64,000 nucleotides of DNA from Salpingoeca rosetta (lineage: Eukaryota > Protista > Choanoflagellata): positions 873,047 to 937,046 of the forward strand of contig JAWQFM010000027.1 in NCBI GenBank assembly GCA_033442325.1, in the 5' to 3' direction. A program made the translations under genes and the position numbers. Positions within the stretch are counted from its first letter, which is position 1. Every line of letters starts with the position of its first letter. The notes under the pieces were generated by a model, which was not told the origin of the DNA, made no database searches, and saw only the letters and a list, made by a program, of their open reading frames with translations. Positions 17,258 to 28,539 of the stretch are shown piece by piece.

Positions 17258-18607
17258 ATGGGGTGTGGCGCAAGCACGGCAACAAAGGTGGCAGAGGCCA
17301 AGGACCATGACCCGGCCTCCACGCGGCCCGTTACGCCCGCGGCCATCGCCCACCCGGTGGTGATTGACGTGCCACACGGGCAGGGCGCGCGGGAGAAGGA
17401 AGCAGACGCCCAGAGCACAGACACGGTCGTGCTGGCGACGACAACCACCTTGCCGCTTGGCGCAGTCTTGCCATCTGCGGTGAGCGGCAGCAACAGCAGC
17501 GACTATGGTTCCAGACAGAACAAGGAGGGGCACGCCCCCGATAGTGCTGGCAAGCGGAGTGGTGACGGGAATGGTGGTGGCGGCGGGAGCAAGAAGGGCA
17601 AGCGGGCTTCTGCGAGAGCCTCAGCTGTTGTGCACGCATCGCTGCGGCCGCGCACGGCCATGGCAACCAACGTGCTGAAGGTGCTGCTGGTCGGACCTGC
17701 AGGGGCCGGCAAGACCGTGCTGGCCTCTCGCTTGGAGGGCCGCAACTTCACCGACGCGTACACACAGGCAGACGCCGTGCAGTTCTTCCTGGCCACCCTC
17801 CCATATCCGGCTGCCAAGAAGGCCACCAGCAGCAGCAGCCACAACATCGCCGGCACTGGCTCTGCTGTCATTGTTGACCAGGAACAACAGCACACACGGC
17901 TCCAGCCCTCTGACGACGCTGCGAAACCACAACAGGAGGAGGTCAGCCTGCAGCTGTGGGATGTGCCTGCCGCTCTGGTTCAACCCACTCTCCCGTCAAC
18001 CACAACTGCAACTGTAGCTACGACCACAGCAACAGCGACAGCAACAGCGACAGCGGCCAATGTCGCAGGTGGTGATGGAGGCGCACACGGGCAAGACAGG
18101 GATGCCTCGCCGCCAGGGAGGCTGCCGCCGTTTGCGTCCGAGTGGTTTGACGTTGCGCTCATCGCCGTGGAGGCGTCATCACCGACTATGGCCGCGGATG
18201 CCAGAGCATATGTTGAGGCGGTGAAGGCACATGCCAGTCAACCCGAGCCAACCTTCTACCTCGTGCTCACCAAGCAGGATGTGGCAGACGGCAGCGATGA
18301 CGGGGACGGCGTGGATGCAGGCGAGGTGCAGGCAGCACCCACAGACAGCCAAGTCACAGAACAGCCACAGCAGCAGCAACAACAGCCGCAGCAGGACGCA
18401 GATGAAGGCATAGCAGCGACGAATGATGGGTCGTGGCAGGCGAAGCTGAGCAGGGACAAGCAGAGCAGTGGCGAAGGTGACAGCGAAGCCGTGCTCGCGG
18501 CGGGGCTGGTATCACGCGTGTTGCGGGTGTCTGCCAAGTACACGCACAGGCTAGACATGTTTGAGAAGGAGCTCGCGCGCGCCCTCTCACATGACGGTCT
18601 CCTCTGA
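17258..18607 (+). CDS. Atypical Ras/Rab-like P-loop GTPase with N-terminal MGC acylation motif, single exon
   Basis: MGCGAS start; G1 KVLLVGPAGAGKT; G3-like LQLWDVP; G4 LVLTKQD; G5 RVSAK; long low-complexity inserts. Confidence 0.72.
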   Translation: MGCGASTATKVAEAKDHDPASTRPVTPAAIAHPVVIDVPHGQGAREKEADAQSTDTVVLATTTTLPLGAVLPSAVSGSNSSDYGSRQNKEGHAPDSAGKRSGDGNGGGGGSKKGKRASARASAVVHASLRPRTAMATNVLKVLLVGPAGAGKTVLASRLEGRNFTDAYTQADAVQFFLATLPYPAAKKATSSSSHNIAGTGSAVIVDQEQQHTRLQPSDDAAKPQQEEVSLQLWDVPAALVQPTLPSTTTATVATTTATATATATAANVAGGDGGAHGQDRDASPPGRLPPFASEWFDVALIAVEASSPTMAADARAYVEAVKAHASQPEPTFYLVLTKQDVADGSDDGDGVDAGEVQAAPTDSQVTEQPQQQQQQPQQDADEGIAATNDGSWQAKLSRDKQSSGEGDSEAVLAAGLVSRVLRVSAKYTHRLDMFEKELARALSHDGLL

Positions 18608-18930
18608 TAATGCCTTGTGTGTGCGTGTGTGTGTGTATGGCTTGGAGGTGGTGGACATGCTGTCCCTGCCTTGTTCTCTCCCCTCTCTCCCCTCCTCTCT
18701 TCCCCTTCTCTCTTCCCCTCATTGCTCCTATGCCTCCCCAGGAAAAGCAACAGCGGCGTAAACAACCAGCCAAAGCACAACACAGCACAGCACTGCTGGC
18801 ACATCCACATCATCATCATCATCACAGCGCAACCGTCATTTCCACTCACTGATCACCACCAGTCAGCGAAACCGCCAACACACACACAACACGATACACA
18901 CGCGCTCCTCCGCCTCCTTCCACCCATACA

Positions 18931-19176
18931 ATGCGCGCACCTTCATTGCAGGATGTGTTGCAGGTGCGAAGCAGCTCGGCCGTGTATGGCGCCGTGGCAT
19001 TGCACCTCAACGTGATGATGTATGCCTGCTCCTTCTGGCTGACGCAGCCGCTGCTGCCATACATGACGGCACGCCTCGGCGTTGATCGCATCACCTTTGG
19101 CTACCTGCAGTCGGCCCTCGAGGTCGCACAGATCATCTCAAGGTTGTGTGTGTGTGTGTGTGCTTGTGTGTGTGCT

Positions 19177-19268
<92 letters not shown>

Positions 19269-19271
19269 TGT

Positions 19272-19308
<37 letters not shown>

Positions 19309-20265
19309 CTCCAAAGGGAGCGCGAGTGAATATTGAGGTAGAAGGAGAGAATCTTGGACGTGGGGGGGGGGGTGNNNNNNNNNNNNNNNNNNNNNNNNNN
19401 NNNNNNNNNNNNNNNNNNNNNNNNNNNNNNNNNNNNNNNNNNNNNNNNNNNNNNNNNNNNNNNNNNNNNNNNNNNNNNNNNNNNNNNNNNNNNNNNNNNN
19501 NNNNNNNNNNNNNNNNNNNNNNNNNNNNNNNNNNNNNNNNNNNNNNNNNNNNNNNNNNNNNNNNNNNNNNNNNNNNNNNNNNNNNNNNNNNNNNNNNNNN
19601 NNNNNNNNNNNNNNNNNNNNNNNNNNNNNNNNNNNNNNNNNNNNNNNNNNNNNNNNNNNNNNNNNNNNNNNNNNNNNNNNNNNNNNNNNNNNNNNNNNNN
19701 NNNNNNNNNNNNNNNNNNNNNNNNNNNNNNNNNNNNNNNNNNNNNNNNNNNNNNNNNNNNNNNNNNNNNNNNNNNNNNNNNNNNNNNNNNNNNNNNNNNN
19801 NNNNNNNNNNNNNNNNNNNNNNNNNNNNNNNNNNNNNNNNNNNNNNNNNNNNNNNNNNNNNNNNNNNNNNNNNNNNNNNNNNNNNNNNNNNNNNNNNNNN
19901 NNNNNNNNNNNNNNNNNNNNNNNNNNNNNNNNNNNNNNNNNNNNNNNNNNNNNNNNNNNNNNNNNNNNNNNNNNNNNNNNNNNNNNNNNNNNNNNNNNNN
20001 NNNNNNNNNNNNNNNNNNNNNNNNNNNNNNNNNNNNNNNNNNNNNNNNNNNNNNNNNNNNNNNNNNNNNNNNNNNNNNNNNNNNNNNNNNNNNNNNNNNN
20101 NNNNNNNNNNNNNNNNNNNNNNNNNNNNNNNNNNNNNNNNNNNNNNNNNNNNNNNNNNNNNNNNNNNNNNNNNNNNNNNNNNNNNNNNNNNNNNNNNNNN
20201 NNNNNNNNNNNNNNNNNNNNNNNNNNNNNNNNNNNNNNNNNNNNNNNNNNNNNNNNNNNNNNNNN

Positions 20266-20296
<31 letters not shown>

Positions 20297-21018
20297 GTCT
20301 GTGTGTTTGATTGTGTGTGTGTGTGTTTGATTGTGTCTGTGTGTTTGATTGTGTCTGTGTGCGTATGCGTTGATGCCTGCAAGCAGGCATGACTCTGTGG
20401 GTACGCATGTGCTTTCTGCACTGTGCTGCTTCCACTTACTCGCTCACGATCACCCTGTCCCACTCCTCTCTTCCCTATCCCCTCCTCCTCTTACTTCCCA
20501 CTGCCCTCTTGCCCACTCCAACTCTCCCCACCCCCACCCCCCAATGTACAGCTGCTGTTGTGACGAATGCGGTGCTGATTGGGCCGCTGCAACGTCGCTT
20601 CCGCCCACAGCAGCTCATCCTCGCCTCCATCTCCGCGCTCGCCCTCTGCTTTGCCATCCTCACCTTCACCCGCACGTACCAGGAGCTGCTTGTCCTGCTT
20701 GTGCCCGTCTCCATCGCCTCCACCGTCCTGTACACCATCACCGCTGCTTCGCTCAGCAACAGCGTAGACAGCGACGAGACAGGCACAGCCGTCAGCATCA
20801 GTCACTCCATCCGCTCCTTCACCGGTGTTGTTGCACCACCCATTGGCGGCACCCTCTTCACATATGCCCGGCTCGATGGCGTTGGGTTTGCCAGCAGCGG
20901 TCTCGCTGCCATCGCAGCGTTTGTCTACATGCTCCTCACCAACGCAACAGTGGCGGCTGCGCAGGGCGCTGGTGATCACGAACCCGCAGCACGCGCCCAC
21001 GACAAGAAGACGTCGTAA
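18931..21018 (+). CDS. MFS transporter, SLC22A18/TetA-like; exons 18931-19142, [middle in gap 19375-20265], 20552-21018
   Basis: QPLLPYMTARLGVDRITFGYLQS (end of TM1 to TM2, SLC22A18-like). The last exon has several TM helices and the MFS-type ETGTAVSISHSIRSFTGVVAPPIGG. Confidence 0.75.
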
Positions 21019-21269
21019 ACCCCGGGATTGCGTGCGNNNNNNNNNNNNNNNNNNNNNNNNNNNNNNNNNNNNNNNNNNNNNNNNNNNNNNNNNNNNNNNN
21101 NNNNNNNNNNNNNNNNNNNNNNNNNNNNNNNNNNNNNNNNNNNNNNNNNNNNNNNNNNNNNNNNNNNNNNNNNNNNNNNNNNNNNNNNNNNNNNNNNNNN
21201 NNNNNNNNNNNNNNNNNNNNNNNNNNNNNNNNNNNNNNNNNNNNNNNNNNNNNNNNNNNNNNGTACGTG

Positions 21270-21343
<74 letters not shown>

Positions 21344-21537
21344 CTGTCTTTTACTGTGTTGGTGTTACTGCGTTCCTTCCACTGCTGTTACGTGATGACG
21401 TGACAGTCTGTCAGCATTCTCTCTGCTTCCCCTCGACTGCTTCGTGTTCCTTCACGTTCGTGCTGATGCTGTCACCAAGTCAATTCTCTCCAGCGCCACG
21501 TTCTCCTCTGCCGTGTATTACATTGCATACACACACA

Positions 21538-21684
21538 CATCTTGTTGTGTGATTGAGGGCAACGCTGTATTCTACGGGGTTAATCCAACGCTGTGAAAGA
21601 GCAGAGGGGGACAAACAAGCACTTCAGGGGAAGAAAGGGACGTCACCCAAGCACGCATCCGGCTTCGCTTATTCGTCGGCTATC
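21538..21684. repeat. Copy A of a ~125-145 bp non-coding element downstream of LRR-kinase 1
   Basis: Near-identical to 27141-27263 (catcttgttgtgtg...ctgtattctacgggg.taatccaacgctgtgaaagagcagagggg...gaagaaaggg...ccaagcacgcatccggcttc.cttattcgtc). Flanked by CA tracts. Confidence 0.9.
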
Positions 21685-21947
21685 ATACACACGGACACAC
21701 ACACACATCAAAGCAAAGTGGGCATTGAGGTTTCCAACGATGGTCTCACGCGGGTTCTGCACAGTTGGGGTGTGTGTTGTGTGTGCGTGTGTTGTGTGTG
21801 CGTGTGTTGTGTGAGTATGAAATCACGAGACCACAACATCCAATCAACCCTTGAAGCCCGCAGCCACCAATACAATGCAGCAAAGTACCAACGCAGCAGG
21901 GCGACAAAGTCACAGTCCACTCGCTTGGGTAAGGAATGAAGCACATG

Positions 21948-22822
21948 CTATGCAGCCGTCTGCGCTGCCTGCAAGCAATCATCGTGAATTTCTTCAAACG
22001 TGGGTCGTTCGCGGGGATTGATATCCATGCATGTGCACGTCAAACGAGCGAACCATTCGGGCACCATATCTGTGTTGATAGTCGTGCCAGCAGTTTGATC
22101 AGTGAGAATAAGAATAAGTCAATGCAAGCAGTGTGTTGCTGACTTCATTCAGATCAAGGCAGAACACACACACACACACACGTCCACACGTCCACACGCA
22201 CACACACACACACGCACACACACACACACGCGCGCGCGCGCACACACACACACACACACACGCGCACACACACACACACACGCACACACACACGCACACG
22301 CACACACACACACACGCACACACACACACACATACGCGCACCTTCATCTTCGAAGCGAAGCCGCTTTCCTTCGTGCAGGAGGGTGCTGAGTGTTGCCAGC
22401 ATTGGGCCGTGGAAGTCACTTCCCTTCTCCTGCTCAATCAAGTCGGGCACACGCTGTGTCGCGACCTCCCACATCAGCACGCCAAAGCTGAACACGTCTG
22501 CTTTCGCATTGTACTTGCCACCGATGAGGGCTTCTGGTGCCATGTACAGCGGGGTGCCCACGCCAGCCGTCATCGTCATGCTGGGATTCATAGTTGCCGT
22601 GCCCGCCGCCTGCGAGTACAGCAGCGTGCTTCCTCCAATCGTCCACCTCGTGGTTGCCACAGGATTGACAGAGGCTAAGCACTGGCGGATGGACCCAAAA
22701 TCCGTGATTTTGGCGCGCAGCGTGGTGGACACGAGCACGTTCCCGCTCTTCAAATCGCTGTTGGCATTATTGCATGAGTGTGGAATGGCGGGTGAGCAGA
22801 AGAAGAAAGGCAGTGCCTGCAG

Positions 22823-22907
<85 letters not shown>

Positions 22908-25900
22908 CACACAAGCACACACACACAAACGCACACGAAGACACACAGACACCCACCCACCGATGAACTTGGTCGAGGCTGTGGATAAAGGCCATGCCAC
23001 TCGCGACATCGCGCAGTAGCCGCAGCTTCAGGTCCCATACAGTCATTGCGTTTGCCTCGTCATTGTCAGTCACGCTCACCAGAGTCAAGTCCTCGCCCAG
23101 GTCTGCCATCGTCACGTCACCGCCACCTTTCCCCGTGTCTCTCGCTCGCAGGTCCACCAGCACCTCTTCCATGTCCGTCTCCAATAGCTCCTTGAGCGAC
23201 CCCATCGCCACATACTCCAGCACAAGGAAGGGGCTGCCGTTGGGATCTGTGCCCGCGCCAAAGAACCGCACCACGTGCGGGTGCCGTGTACGCTGCAGGA
23301 ACTCCACCTCCTTCTCAAACTCCTGCACCGTGGTCTCGTCAAACATCATCACCCCTTGCTGCAGCACTTTCACCGCCACCATCACTGTGTCCCATTCTGC
23401 CTTGAACACCACGCCAAACGCACCCGCAGCAACACGCTTGATCAGCTTCAACTCATCATACTCAATCTCCCACGCCTTCTTCAGCGCCATCACCTCCTCG
23501 TCTCGTTCTGACAGCAGCCTCTTGTGCAACTTGTCGCTCTTGTGCGAGCGTGCGTATCGGCGATATAGCCAGAGGATCACGGGAACAAGAAGGATTGTGC
23601 CACCGGCAAGGGATCCAACAACGATGGCAGGAATGTTTGCTCCATCTGGCACACACTCGCTGTCGTCGGCATCCCCAGACAGATGGTGTTGTTGAGTGCA
23701 TTTACACCGGAAGCTGTACACAAGCTGAGTGACTTGCACACTGTGATCATTGGCGAGGCGGAGGTCCTGTCGTTCCAGCTCTGCACCACACTCGACCGGT
23801 GACCCTTGCAGTTGGAAAACTGGGGGTGTATCTCGGGAGAGTACAGAGGTGCCACCGGCAGTCTCAAACTGCTGCGATGACAGGGCGACTGGTCCGCCAG
23901 CGACCTGCTCAATTCTTCTGGGAGCGCGCAGCCACGCGTTGTCGGACAAATCCAGCACACGCACTAGCTGGAGACACGTGGCCAAAGCAGCCTCCGCAAC
24001 CCGAGTCTGAAAGTGTGTCTCGGGCAGGTTGCGTGCAAACAGCGCATGGCGGCCCCAGCGAGTACAGAGGGCCGGGCTCGGCGGAAACAAAGTGTTGCTT
24101 ATGTCCAACGCATCGATTGAAGGCACGTCAATTGTCTCCAGCTGCCGGCACCCAGAGACATCGAGCAAGCTCAGCGGGGTGTGAATGCGCACAGATTTCA
24201 GCTCTTTGTTGTTCTGCAGCAGCACAGTGTCGAAGGTGTGGTTTTTGCATTCGTCCAGACGCAGTTCCTCAAAGTCAGTGTTGGACAGCCCAAGCTCGGT
24301 GACAGATTTGCTTAGAAGCGAGCACACGTTCTGAACCTGCAAGGTCTGGTTGTCAGCGCCGGGCCAACCCACATGCAAAATTTCGAGCTGAATCGACAAG
24401 TTCCCGAGGATCTTGAATGCGCGTCGAACGTCAACATTCTCCAATCGCAAGGTGCGCAGATGCAGACTTGTTAAGTTCTTTGCCGCAACAGCTCCCCTGT
24501 CAACGACGAGCTCCGAGTCGACATCGGGTGCTGCATCCAGCTCCAAGACCTCCAGCTTCAGCTGCAGTGCGTCTGTCACGTTGAGCCGTTTGATGCGATG
24601 CTGGTCCAGCCGAAGCTCGGTCAGGTTCGTGAGCTGCGTAAAGTTTGGCAGCTGTGTGAGAGGGTTGTTGCTGAGCCGCAGATGAGCTAATTCTGGGAGG
24701 GGGGTGTCGAAGGTGGCCTGGGTAAGCTCGTTGCCTGCAGCATCAATGGTTTTTAACTGCGCCAGGTTGTTGAACACTCCGTTGAAATGCTTGAGCTTGT
24801 TGTCTTGAAAGAACACTCGCTGAATGTGGGGACACCTGTGAAAGAGGTCTTGGGGCACTTTCTTAAGCTCGTTGCGACTTGAGAAGAAGCCTTCCAGCTT
24901 GGGGCACTTTTCGAGCAACCGAGCAGGCAGCTCGGACAGGCGATTGTCTGTCACGGAAATATTCACCAGCGAAGAAAGGCCATGAAATATGGTTGGCGGC
25001 AACTTCCTCAACCTGTTGCGCGTGAGCCTGAGATTGTAAAGTTCCTGCAGCCCGGAGAACACATCTTCGGGAAGGTAGATGAGAAAGTTGTTCATCAGGA
25101 AAAGCTCTTTGAGCTGCGTATTCCCGTTGAAGGCTTTGGGCGGCAGGGTCTCAAGGAGGATGTTGTTGAGACGAAGGATTTCAAGTGCCTTGAGAGGAGC
25201 GAACACCGTGGGGGCCAGGGCTCGTATGGGATTGAAGTCCAAGGTGAGATGCGTCAAGTTTGAGACCATGCCGAAGGCATCCGTTGAGATGTTGCTGATT
25301 TTGTTGAAGGACACGTTGGTGAATAGCAGCTCGGGCATGCCAGCCAATGATTCCGTGTGTAATGCCGTCAGCAGGTTTTCCGATAGCCAGAGGTGGGTGA
25401 GGGCTGACAGCCCCGCAAACGTCTGCTTGCTGAGACTGTCGAGGCGATTGTGTGTCAGGTTCAGCTTGTTCAAGCCTGTCATGCCCTCGAATGTATTGTC
25501 TGGCAGGCTGATGAAGGAGTTGTGCTGCAGATCCAGAGACCTCAGCTGACTCTTGCGGCTGAAGTTGGTGGTATCGAGACCTTGCAAGCGAAAGTTGTGC
25601 ACCAGCCTCACGTGCTCTATGGAAGAGAACCCGTTGAGCATGCTCATGTCGAAGGTGGAGAACGCGAGCTCTTCACGGATGGTCAGATCGCGACATGTAG
25701 TCCAGTTTCCATTGGCAAAGATCCACTGCAGTGTCTCCTCGCGCAGGTCTCCTCGCAGTGTTAAGGATGCGGTGTTTGAAGACAATTCGTGCAGGGCACT
25801 AACTTCGGCAGCCGTTTCATTCACGGCTACGTCCACATCAATGGTTAGGGCCATTGCATCATTAACATGGCGGCAGTTGTTCTGCAGCACATTGGCCAGC

Positions 25901-26741
25901 GTGCACGTGATTCCTTCTTGAGGTGTGGTTCGCTCCGCTCGCCGCATGCGCTCGAGCTGTTGGCTCGAGTGTGGTGTGGAATATGGCGATTGTGACGCCA
26001 AGATGCTGGCATTTGCGCTTGCACGGGGCTCTTCCAGCAGTGAGGGTACTGAATGATTGGTGGGATCACGCTGCACACGGGCATGCAGGTTGTCGCACCC
26101 GAAACGTTGCATTATCTGTTGGATTGGCGTGAGGTCGATGGGCAGCTCAACATCTTTGGGACCGAGAGAGCTGCGGCTCTCGCCATGCTCATGGAGCTGG
26201 TCTCGGTCAACCGAAGGAGCATTGCCGTGTGCCGAAGCGTGTCGTGTAAACGGTACATCAAAGTGATGGAAGGTGCGCAAAATCCGATTCAGTGTCCCGT
26301 CCACCCGTGCACACAAGTGCATGTCAGCCTGCATTGGTGATGGTGATTGAGGTTGTTTGGTGGGAGGGGGTAGACAAGCATATGAGAGTGTAGCTACAAC
26401 GAGCGCGTGAGACGAGTCAGATCGTGGCGGCGTTGTCGGCTGTTGTGTTGCTGTTGTAAGGATGTCGCCGTTATATCACATCACAGCATGCAAAGTACGC
26501 TGACGAGAACCAACACGCACGCGCACAAGCGCAGGAGCGCAGGACTGCAGAAGCAAGACTGTTGTCGTGTTGTGCGAGAGGAGCACAGACAGAGTGATCG
26601 CATGACCTGATTGCTTGCACGTGTCTGAAGAGGGCCGACAGCAAGTAGCGCCAATGTGCAGCACAGGAGGAGGGTCCCGGGTCGCGATGTCACAGCCACC
26701 AAACCACCACCACACGCATCATCAGCAGCAGCGCGTTTCAT
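21948..26741 (-). CDS. LRR transmembrane receptor kinase 1 (TKL-type); exons 26607-26741, ~22961-26328, ~22342-22757, 21948-22069
   Basis: Hydrophobic signal-like exon 1, many LxxLxLxxN repeats, and [24 protein letters not shown]. Kinase motifs [14 protein letters not shown]|[33 protein letters not shown]. Confidence 0.92.
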
Positions 26742-27140
26742 TTTGGCCACACGTTTCTCTCTGCGTTTAAGTGCTTGCGAGAGGACAAGGAGCTGAGTGA
26801 AGCAAAGAGCCTTGTTTAGAGGTTGGATGGGTGCGTCTTTCCAAGTGAAGAGCAGGAGGGGAGGGGAGGACAGCAGCGTCGCAGGACTCTGCCCTGCCTG
26901 GCTGCCAGGCTGAAGAAGACAGACTGCCTGAGGGAAGATGGAGGATTCTGGGATTGAGAAGGAGAGAAGGAGGACAAGTCGTTGGTGGTGTTGGTGGTAT
27001 GTTTGTGCTTGTTTCGTGGCACATGAGGAAAATTCGCGATGTGGCGACGCCAATTCGTGGTCGTTGCAAGACACACGCGCGCACAGCCACACACACACGC
27101 ACGCACACACACACAGACACACACACAGACACACAGACAC

Positions 27141-27263
27141 ACATCTTGTTGTGTGGCTGTATTCTACGGGGCTAATCCAACGCTGTGAAAGAGCAGAGGG
27201 GGCACTTCGGAGGAAGAAAGGGTCATTATCCAAGCACGCATCCGGCTTCCCTTATTCGTCTAT
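27141..27263. repeat. Copy B of the non-coding element, downstream of LRR-kinase 2
   Basis: Direct alignment by eye with 21538-21684; differs mainly by two short indels. Confidence 0.9.
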
Positions 27264-27298
27264 CACACACAGACACAGACACAGGCACAGACAAACAA

Positions 27299-27335
<37 letters not shown>

Positions 27336-27405
27336 AATACACACACACACACAGAGACAAACACACACGCACATACAACTAATACTGCGACTACAACAAC
27401 TACTA

Positions 27406-27712
27406 CTATCGCTCCTGCGCGGCATTCTGGTGCGCCAAGCGCTTGGTTTTGAGCTCATCAAAAGTTGGGCGGTCGGCAGGGTCGCTCGCCATGCACTGGT
27501 ACGCCAGCTGTGTGTACCACTCCGACACCGACAGCGGCCTTCCCTCTGCGTAGCCGTGATCATGCAAGCAGGAGAGCGCGAAGCAGTGAGATCTCAGCAA
27601 GGAGGGGAATGCGCACCACATGCAAACAGACAGACACACCCGCATGCAACACAAGCAAAGGAGCAAACAAGTCACACAACCAAAGCAAAGAATAAACAAC
27701 CAACACTCAACA

Positions 27713-27763
<51 letters not shown>

Positions 27764-28359
27764 GCACGCACGCACCGTGGTCTTCAAAGCGCATGCGCTT
27801 TCCTTCCTTCAACAGGTTGGCCTGGGTGGCGAGGAGCGGGCCACGATACTTTGGACCCTTTTCTTGGGCAATCAGGTCTGGGTCCCGCTGCGTGGCCACC
27901 TCCCACATGAGCACGCCAAAGCTGAACACGTCCGCCTTGGCGTTGTACTCCTCTCCCAAGAAGACTTCGGGGGCCATGTACATGGGCGTGCCGACGGCTG
28001 CTGTCATGTGGAGATGCATGGTTGCAGCGCCTGCGCCACGCGTGTACAGCAGCTCTGTGATCGCCGACGGCGCCGATGCAGGGTGTGACCTCGACGACTC
28101 TGACCGTGCCAAGCACTGGCGAATGGATCCAAAGTCCGTGATTTTCGCGCGCAGCGACGATGACACCAGCACGTTCCCGCTCTTTAGGTCTCTGTTTTGG
28201 TGTTAGAGGGGAGCAAAGGAGCGAAGGGCTGAGGTGAGCAGTGAACAAGAAGCACATGCCTGCACGCAAGCGCGCGCACACACACACACACACGCACAGA
28301 CACACACACACCCACACCCACAAACACACGCACACCCACGCACATACACAGACGTACAC

Positions 28360-28395
<36 letters not shown>

Positions 28396-28464
28396 CCACA
28401 AACACACAGACACATCCCGCACCCACAAACACGCACCCACACACACAGACACATCCCGCACCCA

Positions 28465-28539
<75 letters not shown>

